A DNA stretch of 64,000 nt from Andalucia godoyi And28 (Eukaryota; Protista; Jakobida). The DNA lies in contig VRVR01000033.1 in the NCBI GenBank assembly GCA_009859145.1, forward strand, positions 186,001 through 250,000, in the 5' to 3' direction. Under the pieces are notes generated by a model, which was not told the origin of the DNA, made no database searches, and was given only the letters and a program-made list of their open reading frames with translations. Below are positions 61,166 to 64,000 of this stretch, one piece after another. Positions within the stretch are counted from its first letter, which is position 1. The number at the start of each line of letters is the position of its first letter. The translations under genes and the position numbers were made by a program.

Positions 61166-61924
61166 TCACTTTTTGTGAAAGTGTCGTCTGTCAGAGGACA
61201 GGTTCGCTGGCGAGCTGGACAGTGGCTGCATCTGGCTCCGGGAGCTTGCAAACGAATTGAAAGTGGAGTCGCGTACGCTGACGGACTGTCGTCCAACTCC
61301 AGTGTATGAAGCGGAATGTTGCGACCACTGTTGCTGCTGCTGCTGCGACGGTTTTGTGACCGATGACTGCTGGAGATTCCCAATGACAGTATGCTTCCTT
61401 CGAATGTCTTCTTGTAAATGGGCTACTCGTTGCTCCAGCAAGCTGTTCGCTTCTTTCAGGATCCGGCATTCCTCGGACATTCTGACGTTCTCCACACTGT
61501 CCATCTTGTTCAAGCTGCTTCGTGGATTCATCATTTCCTTGCTGCGAGCCGCCGCCGTCTTTAGTTCCCGATTTTCTCTCTCCAGCGCGTCGAGCTTCTT
61601 GCTTGTCTTTTCGGACCACGATTCCCATACGATTTTCAAGGTGCGCAGCAGTTCCATGTCCGTCTTCATTTGCTCGACGTCCTTTTTCTGAGCCTCATAC
61701 TTTCCCTGCAAGGTCGTCATGTTGACATGAATTCGACGGAGGTATTCGGCAGCAGCCGCATGGCCCTGCAAACTCGGGATGAGTTGCAGCTTCGTTTGGT
61801 CAAGCTCGGCTGTCAGCCGCTGCACAAGCGATGAGAGAATCGCTACTTCATCCGCAGCATCGGGCTGCCCCAGGACACGCGAACTGGCTTCTGAAGCACC
61901 CTGTGTCGGTGTTCGTTTGGCCAT
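61166..61924 (-). CDS. Uncharacterised coiled-coil protein
   Basis: ATG at 61924 (MAKRTPTQ), with heptad repeats throughout. Confidence 0.65.
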   Translation of the reverse strand: MAKRTPTQGASEASSRVLGQPDAADEVAILSSLVQRLTAELDQTKLQLIPSLQGHAAAAEYLRRIHVNMTTLQGKYEAQKKDVEQMKTDMELLRTLKIVWESWSEKTSKKLDALERENRELKTAAARSKEMMNPRSSLNKMDSVENVRMSEECRILKEANSLLEQRVAHLQEDIRRKHTVIGNLQQSSVTKPSQQQQQQWSQHSASYTGVGRQSVSVRDSTFNSFASSRSQMQPLSSSPANLSSDRRHFHKK

Positions 61925-63880
61925 CTTTGCTGCTTTCGGGAACTGAGGCAAGTTCTCCTAGATTCAGTTTTTTTTTTTTTTTTTGGTTTCAAAAACGAAG
62001 AACAAACGAAAACGACGAGACGTTTAAAAAGCAGAGTAAGCAAACCCTTCGTGTTATCACACATGGAAAATTAAGAATGATGGGGTTTCCCGGGCTGTTC
62101 ATACGAGTTTTTGTGTAGTATTAATGCCAGTGCTTTGTGCAGTCGCAGTCACAGTCGAAGCTGCAGTCAATGGCCTTGCGGCGAGGCCTGAAACGGATTT
62201 TTCGTCCACAATGCGGTCTGCATCCATAACCAGTAAGCACGTGTTTTGTACATGAGTGAAATTCCACCGAGCCCGCAGGTCTTTTCTCAGGTCACGCAAA
62301 AAAGAAAAAGAAAAAAGACAAGATGGATGAAAGAAAATCGAGAGACAAACAACAATGGAGTCACATACCGAGTTCCGCTTCGAGCGCGTCGTCAAACTGC
62401 TCTGGAATGCTTTCGGCCATACGAGTAACGCACCTTACGCCCCCTTCTTCCCAAAGGGTATCTGCAAACAAGCAAAAAAGAAGAAGAGTACTGCAAACCG
62501 ACGAGAAAAACGAAAGCATTAATCAGTCCGGGATGTGCAGAGTGGAGGAGACACGACTTTTCTGGAATTTTCGGACCAAGTGATGCTCCGACTTGATACT
62601 TACTAGAGCGCAGTTTGAATTATTATTAGTCATCGCCTGCATCACACACTGAACATGACGAATAGACATGCATATTCAATTTTGCATGGAAGGGGATAGG
62701 CCCCAACACGCCTCACAGCGCTCTTCAGATAAATGTTCCGCGCTCCGTTTCCCAATCTCGATCAATCGGTGAGCCACCTTCTCAGCGTGACACGTTGTTT
62801 CTGAGAAGGGTGCATTTTTTTGATTCCGACGGCCCTAGCAGCAGGCGCTTTCGTGTCCTCAGTTGCAGCGATTGATGCAACTGGAGCTACGAGAGGAAGA
62901 GGCGGTAGGCGTAGTGACACGTGGTCTCTTAGGAGGTCTGCGGGACCTAGGAGGCCCTGTATCACGAATTCCTGTGAAACAAGCGTGCTAGTGTCGGCCA
63001 GTATTGACCGTGTCTGTTTATGTACACTTCCTTCCGTATGCATGACAATGACGTGTTATTAGTCATCAGCTGAGCTGTCACCAAAGACAGATCCAAGCCA
63101 CATGTTTTTATTATAGTTGGGGAGGACATCACCAATTCCATGCAGTCAAAAGGATCATCGCAACCGGCATATTTCCCATACGATTCAACATTCAAAAATT
63201 GAAATGTTGAAATGTTGGAGGAAACAGAATGTGGCCGGCGGCGCTGCACATCGCATCCGCAATTCTCACGTGCGCATCGTGTGGCTGATTTTCAATACGG
63301 TGTGACACATCGATCACATCCTCGTGATATGATCATCCGCAGTTTGATCAACAAGGTGCGGCGAGAGGGAATCAACCGGTTTCTTGGTTCTCGGTATCCT
63401 CGGGCATGGTCGGTTTGCGTTTGCAGAGAAGATTCCTCTCTGGAGCCGTGGGTGTTTTGTCCCTTGATGAAAGGTGCCGCTGGAGGGTTCGATTACAAAA
63501 GACAAAGCAAACAGAAGGAACAACAGAGAGAGAACGAAAAGTGGACTTGACTACGGTAAGACAATCGCGTCTCCTTAGGGTTAGATACGTAAAAGTCAAG
63601 CTTCTGCTATAAGTGTGTTTGCTTGATGTTCAATGTTGACACGCAAAAACGGTAAACCGTTTGTAAAACACTCTGGGCGCGGCGGGCAACACAAGTTTTC
63701 TCTTTGCAACTCTTGTTGTCTGTGTTCTATTTTTTCTTCTTCTTCGCTAATACACACTCGACTGGGTTCGTTTGGGTTGCTTTCCGAGGCCGCTCAAGTC
63801 TAGTTGTTATTGTTTATTGTTTATTGTTTATTGTTATTGTTATTGTTATTATTTTTGGGAGGCGCGAGAGTTGGAAAGCG

Positions 63881-64000
63881 ATGGCCACGATTACCGATGA
63901 GCTGATCAAGCGATTGGTGAAGGAACAGGAGTTGTTTCGAACGTACGAACTGAATGATATACTGTATCTGCATTTCAAAGGCCTGATGCGAATTTCCAAC
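63881..64000 (+). CDS. DNAAF1: Dynein axonemal assembly factor 1 (ODA7/LRRC50), 5' fragment running off the window
   Basis: MATITDELIKRLVKEQELFRTYELNDILYLHFKGLMRISN matches the characteristic LND.LYLHFKG..I.N start of DNAAF1. Confidence 0.8.
   Translation, partial: MATITDELIKRLVKEQELFRTYELNDILYLHFKGLMRISN

Noticed and set aside
63200-63202. In-frame TGA between two open stretches as a selenocysteine codon
   Set aside because: There is no selenoprotein context (no CxxU), the upstream frame closes again at 63071, and no SECIS was identified.

Overview
Gene-dense, intron-poor nuclear DNA from a eukaryotic microbe. It uses the standard genetic code, has a mitochondrion (MPP-beta, presequence-bearing enzymes) and is probably flagellated (DNAAF1 fragment). 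It is reminiscent of compact protist genomes such as jakobids, but that is an unverified impression. About 29 protein-coding genes are separated by short AT-rich, microsatellite-rich spacers. Only about 4 spliceosomal introns are evident, in two genes. No rRNA, tRNA, CRISPR array or transposon could be supported. The main signal is a metabolic cluster in the first 10.5 kb: glycine decarboxylase P-protein, H-protein and SHMT, all with mitochondrial-type presequences. H and SHMT are head-to-head, and P and H carry unusual substitutions in normally conserved motifs. Other notable items are a bacterial-like mosaic gene with a DUF1554/endostatin-like domain at the left edge, an ALG12 fused in frame to a p23/CS-like domain, a divergent cap-methyltransferase-like gene, an LRR-PH-like-SH3 protein, and a candidate structured RNA inside the glycine cluster. 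All family assignments come from motif recognition by eye; no searches were run.
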